In this document: piece after piece, positions 1 through 9,477 of the stretch
Layout: every line of letters starts with the position of its first letter
Numbering within the stretch: position 1 is the stretch's first letter
Position numbers and translations under genes: made by a program
Notes under the pieces: model-generated
The model's database searches: none
What the model saw: the letters and a program-made list of their open reading frames with translations, nothing else
Told to the model about the DNA's origin: nothing
Origin: a bacterium
GTDB taxonomy: Bacteria; RBG-13-61-14; DATKZS01
Length of the DNA stretch: 24,923 nucleotides
Reading direction: 5' to 3'
Assembly (NCBI GenBank): GCA_046484135.1
Contig: JAWOBU010000109.1
Coordinates: forward strand, 1-24,923

Positions 1-52
1 ACATAACAGGAGCCGCCGGCAGCAATGTAAAAAGCGGAAAAGCAATCGTAAC

Positions 53-74
53 GTGCGAGCGACGTTAGTCGCGA
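53..74 (+). repeat. REP-like hairpin GTGCGAGCGACGTTAGTCGCGA
   Basis: GTGC-GA, stem GCGAC/GTCGC, loop GTTA, then GA; related copies at 4962, 5962, 6007, 8008 and 8097. Confidence 0.8.
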
Positions 75-130
75 GAAAACTTGCTTCTCTCTCAAAAGGC
101 CTCCCTTTGACTGCCTCTGCGAAGCCCCTC

Positions 131-159
131 TTGCGCAAGTGGCCGCAGAGATTTATAAT
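131..159 (+). promoter_or_regulatory. sigma70-type promoter of the xerC-hslVU operon
   Basis: TTGCGC (131-136), 17-nt spacer, perfect TATAAT (154-159). Confidence 0.55.
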
Positions 160-167
160 TTTACAAA

Positions 168-1106
168 GTGCCACCAACAGCGCAAGATTGGGTCCATAAG
201 TACCTCGAGTACCTGAAGCTGGAAAGAAACCTGGCTTTTAACACCATTGTGTCCTATGAACGGGACCTCAAAAGCTTTATCACCTTTCTGGAGAACACCG
301 GCATAAACTGCGTCTCCTTTGACCCGCAGGCGGTGGATAAAAAAACCATCCGACGCTACCTGGCGGGCCTGTCCAAGACCTGCCGGCCCGCCACCGTGGA
401 AAGGGCAGCTGCGGCCGTGCGCGGCTTCTTCCGCTTTCTGATCCAGGAGAGGGCGGTCGCGAAAAACCCGGCCTCCCTGGTCCGGACCCCCAAGAAGGAA
501 AAGCGGCTTCCCAAGGTACTGCCGGTGGACGAGGTCTTCCGGCTTATTGACGCTCCCCCCGAGGAGACCCCCATCGGAGCGCGGGACCGGGCCATACTCG
601 AGCTCTTCTACTCGTCCGGGCTCCGGCTCGCTGAGTTGGTGGGCCTGGACCGGGATGACGTGGACGTAAAGCAGGGCATCTGCCGGGTCCGGGGCAAAGG
701 CTCAAAAGAAAGGCTGGTGCCTGTAAATCGGCGGGCTTTGGACAAGTTGCAAAAGCTTGTCGAGCTTAGGCAAAAGTTCAAGCCCCGGGTGCTGGACGAT
801 GACGCTGCCCGGGCCTTGTTCCTGAGCCGGCAGGGCAGGAGGATATCCCGCCGCCGTGTCGAGCAGATAGTAGGCGACCTGGTGAAAAGAGCGGGAATGC
901 CCCGCAGCGTATCGCCCCACTCTTTGCGCCACTCCTTTGCCACTCACCTTATGGACTCCGGCATGTCCATACGGAACATCCAGGAGCTTTTGGGGCACGA
1001 GAGCCTGTCCACCACCCAGAAGTATACCCATACCAGCCTGGGCGAGCTTTCCAAGGTATATGACACCGCCCACCCCCGGGCCAAAAAAGAAAGGGAACGG
1101 GAATGA
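168..1106 (+). CDS. xerC: tyrosine recombinase XerC
   Basis: N-terminal SAM-like domain ([10 protein letters not shown]), [35 protein letters not shown]; directly upstream of hslVU; GTG start. Confidence 0.9.
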   Translation: MPPTAQDWVHKYLEYLKLERNLAFNTIVSYERDLKSFITFLENTGINCVSFDPQAVDKKTIRRYLAGLSKTCRPATVERAAAAVRGFFRFLIQERAVAKNPASLVRTPKKEKRLPKVLPVDEVFRLIDAPPEETPIGARDRAILELFYSSGLRLAELVGLDRDDVDVKQGICRVRGKGSKERLVPVNRRALDKLQKLVELRQKFKPRVLDDDAARALFLSRQGRRISRRRVEQIVGDLVKRAGMPRSVSPHSLRHSFATHLMDSGMSIRNIQELLGHESLSTTQKYTHTSLGELSKVYDTAHPRAKKERERE

Positions 1107-1660
1107 TTCACGGTACAACCATATTGCTTGTAAAACACAAAGGAAAAGTGGTGATAGCGGGCGACGGCCAGGTAAGCATGGAGTCCACGGTCTTAAAGCA
1201 CACCGCCCGCAAGGTCAGGAGACTCCACCACGACAAGGTCATGACCGGTTTTGCCGGAGGCACCGCGGACGCCTTTACCCTTTATGAAAGGCTGGAAGGA
1301 AAGATGGAGGCCCATACCGGCAACCTGCGCCGGGCCGCGGTCGAGATGGCCAAGGACTGGCGGACGGACCGGGCCCTTCGAAGGCTCGAGGCCCTGATGC
1401 TGGTGGCCGACGAGAGCGACGCTTTCCTGATATCCGGCACCGGCGACGTGATCGAGCCGGAGGACGGAGTGCTGGCCATCGGCTCGGGAGGAGCATTTGC
1501 CCAGAGCGCCGCGCGCGCGCTCCTGCGACACACCGACATGGGCGCCAGGGAAATAGCGGAGACTGCTATGCAAATAGCGGCCGAGCTTTGCGTTTATACG
1601 AACGATAAAATAATCTGCGATGAAATGGAATCGGTGGAAGGCGAGGGCGCTTCTAAATAA
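1103..1660 (+). CDS. hslV: ATP-dependent protease peptidase subunit HslV
   Basis: HGTTI N-terminal Thr, [29 protein letters not shown] overlap with xerC. Confidence 0.97.
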   Translation: MIHGTTILLVKHKGKVVIAGDGQVSMESTVLKHTARKVRRLHHDKVMTGFAGGTADAFTLYERLEGKMEAHTGNLRRAAVEMAKDWRTDRALRRLEALMLVADESDAFLISGTGDVIEPEDGVLAIGSGGAFAQSAARALLRHTDMGAREIAETAMQIAAELCVYTNDKIICDEMESVEGEGASK

Positions 1661-1710
1661 AAAGGGGTGTGGGATCGTTTCCGCTCGCCTTGTAGTATGA
1701 GGGAGAAAAA

Positions 1711-3135
1711 ATGTCTTATGAATCGTGGAATTTGACGCCTAAAGAAATAGTGTCCGAGCTGGACAAGTACATCGTGGGCCAGGACGCGGCCAAGCGCGCG
1801 GTGGCGGTGGCGCTCCGGAACCGCTGGCGGAGGAAGCAGGTGCCCGAGGACCTGCAGGACGAGATCATGCCCAAGAACATTATCATGATCGGGCCGACCG
1901 GAGTGGGCAAGACCGAGATAGCAAGGCGGCTGGCCCGGCTGGCTGGCGCGCCTTTCATGAAGGTCGAGGCCAGCAAGTTCACCGAGGTCGGATACGTGGG
2001 CCGCGACGTGGAGAGCATGATCCGGGACCTGGTCGAGCTTTCCGTCAAGATGCTGGAGGAGGAAGAGCGCGAGCGGGTCATGCCGCGCGCCGAGGAGGCT
2101 GCAGAAGAGAGGCTCTTGGACCTGTTGGTGCCTCCGCCCCAGTCGTCCTCGTCGTCCATGAGCCTGGCCGGACCGCCGGGATGGAGCGCTTCTTCCGGCC
2201 AGGAAGAAGATCAGCTTCCCCCCCAGCAGGAGACCGACAAACAGGAGGAGTCCTACCAGAAAACCAGGGAGAGCTTCAGAAAGATGCTCAAGCAGGGCAA
2301 GCTCGAAGAACGCTCCGTTGACGTCGAGGTCACCGCTAAGGACAGCGGGGTCATGCAGATATTCTCCGGCGCCGGCCTCGAGGAGATGGCCATAAATCTC
2401 CAGGACGCCCTGGGCGGGATGATGGGGAAGAAGACCAAGAAGCGGAGCATGAAGGTCAAGGAAGCCCGCGAGGTCCTGGTAGGGGAGGAAGCGGAAAAAC
2501 TCGTGGACCAGGAGAAAGTGGTCCAGGACGCGCTCGAGAGGGCCCAGGACTCCGGCATCGTGTTCATAGACGAGATTGACAAGGTCGCGGGAAGACAGCA
2601 GGGCAGCAGTCCGGACGTGAGCAGGGAAGGGGTCCAGCGCGACATCCTGCCCATAGTGGAAGGGACCACCGTGGCCACCAAGTACGGAATGATACGGACC
2701 GACCACATGCTCTTCATCGCATCCGGGGCCTTTCACATGTCCAAGCCCGCCGACTTGATACCCGAGCTTCAGGGAAGGTTCCCCATCCGGGTCGAGCTCG
2801 CAACCTTGACCAAGGAGGACTTTGTCCGCATACTGACCGAACCGGAGAACGCGCTCGTGCTCCAGTACCGCGCGCTTCTCGATACCGAGGGCGTCAAGCT
2901 CGAGTTCGATGACGAGTCCCTCGAGACCATTGCCGAGCTGGCCGGAAAGATAAACGAGTCAGCGGAGAACATCGGCGCCCGCAGGCTCCATACCGTGATG
3001 GAGAAGCTCCTGGACGAGGTGAGCTTCCAGGCGCCGGAGATGGCCGGCGCCAAGGTCCTCATAAACGAGAAGTACGTGAAAGAAAGGCTCGAAGAGCTGG
3101 CCGGCGACGAGGACCTGAGCCGCTACATACTTTGA
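1711..3135 (+). CDS. hslU: ATP-dependent protease ATPase subunit HslU
   Basis: [17 protein letters not shown], Walker [28 protein letters not shown]-terminal DLSRYIL. Confidence 0.98.
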   Translation: MSYESWNLTPKEIVSELDKYIVGQDAAKRAVAVALRNRWRRKQVPEDLQDEIMPKNIIMIGPTGVGKTEIARRLARLAGAPFMKVEASKFTEVGYVGRDVESMIRDLVELSVKMLEEEERERVMPRAEEAAEERLLDLLVPPPQSSSSSMSLAGPPGWSASSGQEEDQLPPQQETDKQEESYQKTRESFRKMLKQGKLEERSVDVEVTAKDSGVMQIFSGAGLEEMAINLQDALGGMMGKKTKKRSMKVKEAREVLVGEEAEKLVDQEKVVQDALERAQDSGIVFIDEIDKVAGRQQGSSPDVSREGVQRDILPIVEGTTVATKYGMIRTDHMLFIASGAFHMSKPADLIPELQGRFPIRVELATLTKEDFVRILTEPENALVLQYRALLDTEGVKLEFDDESLETIAELAGKINESAENIGARRLHTVMEKLLDEVSFQAPEMAGAKVLINEKYVKERLEELAGDEDLSRYIL

Positions 3136-3258
3136 GAGATTATAATGTTGCTTGCCGGAGAGAGAAACGAACGCCGCCCCCCACGGCGTGTTGAATAGAG
3201 GGAGAGGGACCGCAGTTTTTTTACATAGTAGCTTGAGCCGAAAACAAGGAGCGAAGCT

Positions 3259-4845
3259 ATGGCTAAATGCCTGGTCGTGGACGATGAGCTTTTCTACCGG
3301 GAGTTTGTGGCCGACGTTCTTAAGAAGGCCGGACACGAGGTTGTTCCCGCCAAGGACGGCAAGGAAGCACTTAACCTTTTCTCGAGCCGCGCCGATTACG
3401 ATGTAGTTCTTACCGACGTGGTCATGCCCGGGCTGGACGGCCTGGGGGTCCTGGCCAAGATCAGGAAAAAGGACGACTCTATACCCATAATAATGCTTTC
3501 CGCCCACGAGGACCAGCGCATGGTCATCAACGCGCTCCGGAGGGGAGCATTCGACTATCAGCGCAAGCCGCTGTCCCCCCACGAGCTGTCCCTGGCCGTG
3601 GACCGGGCCATGGAACACCGTAAGCTTCAGAGAGACAAGTCCAAGAAGCTCGAGCGGCTGGCCAGCCTCGAGAACGGCGCCAGAAAGCTCTCCGAGATGG
3701 TGGTGGGACAGATTCCCCTGGAAGCGGTGGCCAAGGAGTACGACCTTCTCGAGAACACCGTCAAGCTGGTCGCCGATATCCTCGAGTGCGACCGGGTAAG
3801 CATCATGGTACTGGATGAAAAAGAACAATGCTTAAAGGTCGCCGTCTCGGTGGGAATGAGCAAGACCCTCATAAAGAGCGAGAAAAAACCGGTACAGAAA
3901 AGCCCCTCCGCTTATGTCTTGGAAACCGGCGAAGCCATACTGGTGGAGGACGTGGAAGGGGACGAGAGGGTGGACGCAAACCAGTACGCTTCCCAGTACA
4001 AGACCGACTCCTTCGTCATAGCACCCATCAAAGTGGGCGACAAGATCATAGGGACTATTAACGCCAACGACAAAAAAGACAAAAGCTCCTTTGACCAGGA
4101 CGACCTTATCATTCTCCGGACCATAAGCTACCACGTGTCCGCGGCCATATCCCATGCCATCCACCACAGCTCCCTGGAGAAGGAGAGGGAGAGGCTCACC
4201 CGCCTTATCGAGCTGCAGCGGATACTCATAAACTACCTCGAGCCCGAGGAGATGATGCGGGGGATACTCCGTAAATGCCAGGAAATGCTCGATGCCGCAT
4301 CCACCGCCGTGTTTTTGAAAGACGAGTTCTCCGAGGACCTGACCCTGAAGGTCGGGTTTAACGGGTCCAAGGAGATAAAAAAGGAGATCGTGATACCCGC
4401 GGGAGAGTCCATTACCGGCATAGCAGGAAGGCAGGGCGAGACCCTGATCGAGAACGACCCGCAAAACAACCACGGCTTTATCGCCCAGACCGAATGGCCG
4501 GGCAAAGGCGTTATCAAGAACATCCTGGCCTGTCCCATCAGGCTGTCCAACACCACCATCGGCGTCATCCGGCTGTTAAATAAAAAGGAAGACGAGTTCA
4601 ACTCCGAAGACGCCGGCCTTATCCAGGACGTGGCGGACAGCATGGCACTGGCCATCCGCAACCTGAAGCTCTACGAGCAGTTGAACAACAGCGTGGAAGA
4701 GATCATAACCGCCAACCGGAACCTTCAGGCCAAAAACGACGAGTTGAATCTTAAGGCCAAGGAGCTCGCCGCCCTGAAAAAGTATCTTGCCTCCCAAAAG
4801 AAAAACCAGGAATCCTCCAACGCCTCCAAGTCCAAGTCCGTGTGA
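3259..4845 (+). CDS. response regulator REC-GAF-GAF-coiled coil, no recognisable output domain
   Basis: REC (LVVDDE, VLTDVVMPGLDG, RKP); two GAF-like segments (FVIAPIKVGDKIIGTINANDK; ILACPIRLSNTTIGVIRLLNKK...FNSED); SD AAGGAG. Confidence 0.85.
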   Translation: MAKCLVVDDELFYREFVADVLKKAGHEVVPAKDGKEALNLFSSRADYDVVLTDVVMPGLDGLGVLAKIRKKDDSIPIIMLSAHEDQRMVINALRRGAFDYQRKPLSPHELSLAVDRAMEHRKLQRDKSKKLERLASLENGARKLSEMVVGQIPLEAVAKEYDLLENTVKLVADILECDRVSIMVLDEKEQCLKVAVSVGMSKTLIKSEKKPVQKSPSAYVLETGEAILVEDVEGDERVDANQYASQYKTDSFVIAPIKVGDKIIGTINANDKKDKSSFDQDDLIILRTISYHVSAAISHAIHHSSLEKERERLTRLIELQRILINYLEPEEMMRGILRKCQEMLDAASTAVFLKDEFSEDLTLKVGFNGSKEIKKEIVIPAGESITGIAGRQGETLIENDPQNNHGFIAQTEWPGKGVIKNILACPIRLSNTTIGVIRLLNKKEDEFNSEDAGLIQDVADSMALAIRNLKLYEQLNNSVEEIITANRNLQAKNDELNLKAKELAALKKYLASQKKNQESSNASKSKSV

Positions 4846-4961
4846 AACACACCGGCGGAGGCTGTAGCTCATCTTTACGGCTTGATTTTAAGCCCGTTTG
4901 ATTTCAAGATAAGAGAAAGCGGTCTCAGCGATTTTTGTCGGACCTCGACTAGAGAATCTAG

Positions 4962-4983
4962 GGGAAAGCGACTTAAGTCGCGA
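4962..4983 (+). repeat. REP-like hairpin with degenerate 5' end, GGGAAAGCGACTTAAGTCGCGA
   Basis: Same GCGAC/GTCGC stem plus GA as the copies at 53 and 6007. Confidence 0.65.
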
Positions 4984-5064
4984 TCAAAGTAGTTTTTGCC
5001 TGTTACAGCAACCTTGGGAAATTCTCCTGCCGCCGCATCGGAGCGGCCGGGAAAGGACGGAGTC

Positions 5065-5946
5065 ATGGAAGAAGCTCTTATGCGTACGCGGGTCCTTATC
5101 GAGGCCCTTCCTTATATCCAGGAGTTCGCCGACAAGGTGATGGTGATAAAGCTGGGCGGACATGCCATGAAGGACCCGGCGCTGGAGGAAGGGTTTGCCC
5201 GGGACATGGCGCTGTTGAAGTCCGTCCGCATCCATCCGGTGGTGGTGCACGGCGGCGGTCCCCAGATCGGCTCCTTATTGGAGAAGCTGGGTATCCAGTG
5301 CAGGTTCGTGTATGGAATGCGCGTTACCGACGCCCCCACCCTGGACGTGGTCGAGATGGTGTTAGGCGGAACCGTAAACGGCAGGATCGTAACCAGGATC
5401 AACACCGCTGGAGGAACCGCCATCGGCCTTTCCGGCCGGGATGGAGGATTGATCAGGGCCAAGCCCTATCGGCCCGCGGTTTCCAAAGAGGAGCATGCCC
5501 CCGAGCTCCTTGACTTGGGCCACGTCGGAGAAGTGGAAAGCATAAACCATGAGCTTATCATGCACCTTTGCCGGCAGAGGATGATACCGGTGATCGCGCC
5601 GATCGGGGTAGACGCCAAGGGACAGGCCTATAATATTAACGCAGACCTGGTAGCGGGTGCAGTGGCAGGCGCGCTCGAGGCGGAAAAGCTCGTGCTCCTT
5701 ACCGACGTGCCGGGCGTAACCGATGATAAAGGAGAACTCGTGCCCCACCTGTCCCGCCACAGGGCGGAAGCGCTCAAAAAGGAAGGCGTGATAAAGCAGG
5801 GAATGGTCCCCAAGATAAACTGCGCCCTGGAGGCGCTCGCAAGAGGCGTCACCAAGACCCACATCATTGACGGAAGGGTCGAGCACGCGGTCCTCCTCGA
5901 GGTCTTCACCGACGCAGGAGTAGGCACCGAGATAGTGCCGGACTGA
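5065..5946 (+). CDS. argB: acetylglutamate kinase
   Basis: [56 protein letters not shown]; start moved to ATG 5065 (purine-rich GGACGGAG upstream). Confidence 0.96.
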   Translation: MEEALMRTRVLIEALPYIQEFADKVMVIKLGGHAMKDPALEEGFARDMALLKSVRIHPVVVHGGGPQIGSLLEKLGIQCRFVYGMRVTDAPTLDVVEMVLGGTVNGRIVTRINTAGGTAIGLSGRDGGLIRAKPYRPAVSKEEHAPELLDLGHVGEVESINHELIMHLCRQRMIPVIAPIGVDAKGQAYNINADLVAGAVAGALEAEKLVLLTDVPGVTDDKGELVPHLSRHRAEALKKEGVIKQGMVPKINCALEALARGVTKTHIIDGRVEHAVLLEVFTDAGVGTEIVPD

Positions 5947-5961
5947 ACCCGGCCCAACTCC

Positions 5962-5983
5962 GGCCGAACCACGTAAGTCGCGA
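5962..5983 (+). repeat. decayed REP-like copy GGCCGAACCACGTAAGTCGCGA
   Basis: 17/22 identity to the copy at 53-74; stem partly broken. Confidence 0.45.
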
Positions 5984-6006
5984 CTATATTCAAAATTACA
6001 CAGTGC

Positions 6007-6028
6007 GTGCGAGCGACCTCAGTCGCGA
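6007..6028 (+). repeat. REP-like hairpin GTGCGAGCGACCTCAGTCGCGA
   Basis: Differs from 53-74 only in the loop; lies between convergent argB and MFS genes. Confidence 0.8.
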
Positions 6029-6083
6029 GTGAACGGGCAGGCAGCTTGCCGGATAAATTTAAGATACATTTACTGCTTCTCAC

Positions 6084-7262
6084 TCAGCCTCTTTTTTTCA
6101 CAGCCTCCGGCCGTGCCAGCGGGACCAGCAATAATACCACCCCCGAAAGAAGAGCGGCGACAACCATGCCAGCGGGAAAGCTCATGGCATCGGCTATGAC
6201 TCCCACGCCTTTTCCCGCTCCCGCTGCACCCATCGCACCCGCGGCCATGACCAGGATGAACATGGTGCTCGAGGTCCTCTCCGGCAGCCGCTCGGTAAAG
6301 GAGATGATGATGGGAAAGATGCCGGAGAAGAAAAGCCCGGACCCTATAAACAGGGCTTCGCAAGCAAGACGGCTTTCAACGTAAGGCGCGAACAAAAGAC
6401 AGAGCGCGGATGCTCCCGCCAAAAACGCCAGGGTCGCCCGCGGGGGCGCCCCCTTTTTAACGATCCCGGCCACGCCGAACCGGCCCGCGGTCATGGCCGC
6501 CCAGAAGAGGGTAAGGATAAAACTGCTGCGAAGCTCGGTCCCGCCCCCGAACGCGCTCTCCAGGTACTTGGGCACCCACGAGTTGGGGACGTTCTCCGCG
6601 CCGATGTAACAAAGGTTCATGACCACCGCCACCAGGAAAATACGCCGGTGGTCCCGAAACAGCTCGGATACCGCGGACGGGCGGAGCCCCCTGCCGAGCT
6701 CGGGGGAAGGAAGCCGGGCAAAGAGCGCGGCCAGCCCGGACACCCCGGCGAGCAGGGAGAGACCGAAGAAGGCAATGGAGTAATGGAAGCCCGCCTTTAC
6801 CAGGGCGCCCGACGTTATCGGCGCCAGCATCACCCCCGCCGCGAAGAAAGCGTAGATCACGTTCAACGGCCCGGCGGAAGGGCCGCTGGTAGTGCGGGAA
6901 ACAATGATGCCGGGAAGAGAGATGAGCATGACCCGGGAAAGACCGTAAACGTAAAAAGCAAGGATATAGACCCAAGAGTAAGAGGACAGGGCGCCTACCA
7001 GAAAACCGGCAGCGCAAAGGACAAAAGCAGCCACCACCAGCAGCACGGATGAGCGGCGCAGAAACACGCCGGCCAAAAGAAGGCCGGTGAAGTCTCCTGC
7101 AAATAAAATGAAGGGGATGGTTCCCGCCTGGTTGTTATCAAGGCTGAAGGTCCGGGCGATCTCCGGCAGCATGGAGCCCACCAGGCTGAAGCTTACGCCC
7201 GCGGAAAAGATAAGGAGCCGAAGCACCCAGGAGGCGCTTGTTGAAAGGGAGGAGTCACTCAT
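6084..7262 (-). CDS. MFS transporter (FucP/TsgA-like), substrate unknown
   Basis: About 12 hydrophobic segments; GSMLPEIARTF, YIGAE...SWVPKYL, FWAAMTAGRF, SGIFP; start overlaps the rnc stop. Confidence 0.8.
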   Translation of the reverse strand: MSDSSLSTSASWVLRLLIFSAGVSFSLVGSMLPEIARTFSLDNNQAGTIPFILFAGDFTGLLLAGVFLRRSSVLLVVAAFVLCAAGFLVGALSSYSWVYILAFYVYGLSRVMLISLPGIIVSRTTSGPSAGPLNVIYAFFAAGVMLAPITSGALVKAGFHYSIAFFGLSLLAGVSGLAALFARLPSPELGRGLRPSAVSELFRDHRRIFLVAVVMNLCYIGAENVPNSWVPKYLESAFGGGTELRSSFILTLFWAAMTAGRFGVAGIVKKGAPPRATLAFLAGASALCLLFAPYVESRLACEALFIGSGLFFSGIFPIIISFTERLPERTSSTMFILVMAAGAMGAAGAGKGVGVIADAMSFPAGMVVAALLSGVVLLLVPLARPEAVKKRG

Positions 7263-7989
7263 CGAACCGGCCCGATTGCAAAGCCTGCTTGGCCGCTTCC
7301 TGCTCCGCTTCTTTTTTGCTCCGACCGGTTCCTCGCCCGTAGGATTTTCCTTTTATCCAGAGCTCGACCTCGAAGGTTTTCATGTGGTCCGGTCCCCGTT
7401 CAGCCACCACCTGGTAAACCGGCGTGGTCTTCAAAGTCGCCTGGATTTTCTCCTGGAGGGGTGTCTTGAAGTCGCCCAGGAAGCGCTTGGAGGACAGCTC
7501 TTCCAGTAGCTCGCTCATGTGGCGGCAAGCAAAGGTGTAAGCCGTCTGAAAGCCGCCGTCCAGGTAAATGGCGGCTATGAGGGCCTCGTACACCGCCGCC
7601 AGGATGGAGGGCTTCTCGCGGCCGCCGGAGGACTCTTCCCCCTTGCCGAGGCGGAGGCAGACATCCAGCCGGAGCTTTTTAGCGAGCCCGGTAAGGCTCT
7701 CGGTGTTTACCATGCTTGCCCGGAAACGGGAAAGCTCTCCTTCGGTAGCCCCGGTAAACCGGGAGAAAAGAAGGTCGGAGACCACCAACTCCAGCACCGC
7801 GTCTCCAAGGAACTCGAGCCGCTCGTAAGAGTTGACCAGGTGGTCTCCCGGATGCCTTTCCCGGCCGGACTCTTGCAGCTCTTCGTGAGCATAAGAGCTG
7901 TGCGTCAAAGCCCGCTCCAGGAGCCTGCGGTCTTCGAACGTGTACATGAGCCGCTCTTCGATCCCCGCAAAACCGTCATCATTCTCCAT
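7255..7989 (-). CDS. rnc: ribonuclease III
   Basis: ALTHSS, signature YERLEFLGDAVL, EALIAAIYLD, dsRBD DFKTPLQE...GRSKKEAEQEAA. Confidence 0.97.
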   Translation of the reverse strand: MENDDGFAGIEERLMYTFEDRRLLERALTHSSYAHEELQESGRERHPGDHLVNSYERLEFLGDAVLELVVSDLLFSRFTGATEGELSRFRASMVNTESLTGLAKKLRLDVCLRLGKGEESSGGREKPSILAAVYEALIAAIYLDGGFQTAYTFACRHMSELLEELSSKRFLGDFKTPLQEKIQATLKTTPVYQVVAERGPDHMKTFEVELWIKGKSYGRGTGRSKKEAEQEAAKQALQSGRFDE

Positions 7990-8007
7990 TTCAACATCCC
8001 CGAGAAG

Positions 8008-8118
8008 TCGCGGCTAAAGCCGCTCGCACGTACGACATTATTTTTACATGGAGCTTTAAGCCGCCAGTGTCTTGTCAAGCAAGAAATGACTCATGAGTGC
8101 GAGCGGCTTTAGCCGCGA
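8008..8118. repeat. inverted REP doublet (REPIN-like): identical 22-mers GTGCGAGCGGCTTTAGCCGCGA at 8008-8029 (-) and 8097-8118 (+), 67-bp spacer
   Basis: Perfect 22-bp inverted repeat read directly; each arm has an internal GCGGCT/AGCCGC stem. Confidence 0.85.
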
Positions 8119-8175
8119 AAATCAACTTTCATTCATCATATCACAACATTCATCAAAGAGCGTGTGATGCCGGCT

Positions 8176-9477
8176 TCAGCTCTCTTGTTCGCAAACCGTT
8201 CCAGAGACCGAGTCCGGGCCGGTCTGGCGGACCTTTACCGGCTTTATCTCGCCGGAGCGGACCTCGGAGTCCGTCTCCACCCGCACGTAATTCTCGCTTA
8301 TGCCAAAAGAGCCGGAATCGCCGGTACTCTCGAAAAGCACTTTTAGCACCTTGTCCGCCTGGAACTCGAGAAAGCAGCGTTTCTTCTCCCGCCCGATCTC
8401 CCGGAGCTCGGCCGCCCTTGACTTGATTATGTCGTTCGGCACCTGGTCCGTCCTCCGGGCGGCGCTGGTGCCCGGCCTTTTCGAGTAGGGGAAAACGTGG
8501 AAGTAAGACACCGGCAGACGACGGGCCAGCGCAACCGTGTTTTCATGGGCCTCGTCGCTCTCGCCCGGAAAGCCGGCGATAAGGTCAATGCCGATGCCGG
8601 CGTCCGGCATCCTGGTGATGATCCCTTCCACTATATCCTCGAACCGCTCCGGAGTGTAGGGCCGTTTCATGTCGGAGAGCACCTTGGCGTCTCCGCTTTG
8701 GAGAGGCAGATGCAGATGCGGGCAAAACAGGCCGGCACCGGCCACGATCTCGATGAGCCGGGCGGACACGGCCTGCGGCTCGATGGAGCTCAAGCGGACG
8801 CGAGAGGGCATGCCCGCGGAGCCGGCGATGCTGATCAACAGCTCTTCTAAAGAAGAGCTACGATCGTGGCCGTAGAGGCCCAGGTGGACGCCGGTGATCA
8901 CCACCTCGGCAAACCCCTGGGAGGCCAGGCATTTGAGCTGGTCCAAAACAGCTTCCCGCGGCAGGCTCCTGCTCTTTCCCCGCGCGTGCGGAACGATGCA
9001 GTAGGAACAGGAGTCCGTGCATCCGTCCTGGACCTTGACCACGGCCCGCGACTTGTCCTGGCGTCCTCCAGACGGGTGGTAAAAGAACGGGTCCTCAGGG
9101 GCTTCCCGACCTCCGAGGAACCGGACCACCCGCTTTCTCTCGCCCGGACCTGCAGTCATGTCCGCTCCAGCGGCAAGAAGCGAGTCAGGGTCGGTTTCAG
9201 CCAGGCAGCCGGTGGCCGCGATCCGGGCGTCCGGACAGAGCCGGCGGGCGCGCCTGACCATCTGGCGGCATTGGTAGTCGCTTTTATGGGTTACCGTGCA
9301 GGTGTTGATAATGAAGCAGGCTATGTTTTCGGCGCTTTCCGGCACGGCGGACAGGTCCATGACCCGGTAGCCGGCGGCCTCGGCCCGGGCCATCATGGCC
9401 GCGGTGTCGTACTGGTTGGACCGGCATCCCAGGGTGATGAAGGCGGCAACCGGACGAGTGTCCTTTGGCGGATTCAC
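8176..9477 (-). CDS. mtaB: tRNA t6A37 methylthiotransferase MtaB
   Basis: TLGCRSNQYD, INTCTVT, ATGC, radical SAM VKVQDGCTDSCSYC, HVFPYSKRPGT; start moved to GTG 9477 (SD GGGAGGT; GTGA overlap with the mnmA stop). Confidence 0.88.
   Translation of the reverse strand: MNPPKDTRPVAAFITLGCRSNQYDTAAMMARAEAAGYRVMDLSAVPESAENIACFIINTCTVTHKSDYQCRQMVRRARRLCPDARIAATGCLAETDPDSLLAAGADMTAGPGERKRVVRFLGGREAPEDPFFYHPSGGRQDKSRAVVKVQDGCTDSCSYCIVPHARGKSRSLPREAVLDQLKCLASQGFAEVVITGVHLGLYGHDRSSSLEELLISIAGSAGMPSRVRLSSIEPQAVSARLIEIVAGAGLFCPHLHLPLQSGDAKVLSDMKRPYTPERFEDIVEGIITRMPDAGIGIDLIAGFPGESDEAHENTVALARRLPVSYFHVFPYSKRPGTSAARRTDQVPNDIIKSRAAELREIGREKKRCFLEFQADKVLKVLFESTGDSGSFGISENYVRVETDSEVRSGEIKPVKVRQTGPDSVSGTVCEQES

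Noticed and set aside
124..140. Partial match to the MITE TIR (CCTCTTGC..AAGT)
   Set aside because: Mismatched at the terminus, has no partner TIR, and is better explained as the -35 region.
168..1106. Tyrosine recombinase as a phage or island integrase
   Set aside because: Sequence and xerC-hslVU context indicate housekeeping XerC; no att/tRNA site, cargo or dif-like site seen.
1669..1688. GTGGGATCGTTTCCGCTCGC between hslV and hslU, resembling a decayed GTGG REP
   Set aside because: Needs several indels to align and the stem is lost; could be chance.
2128..2255. Ser/Pro/Gln-rich insertion in HslU
   Set aside because: Falls in the normally variable I-domain loop; not an intein or repeat.
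8050..8078. TTGACA on the minus strand between the REP arms as an rnc promoter
   Set aside because: No convincing -10 at 16-18 nt spacing.
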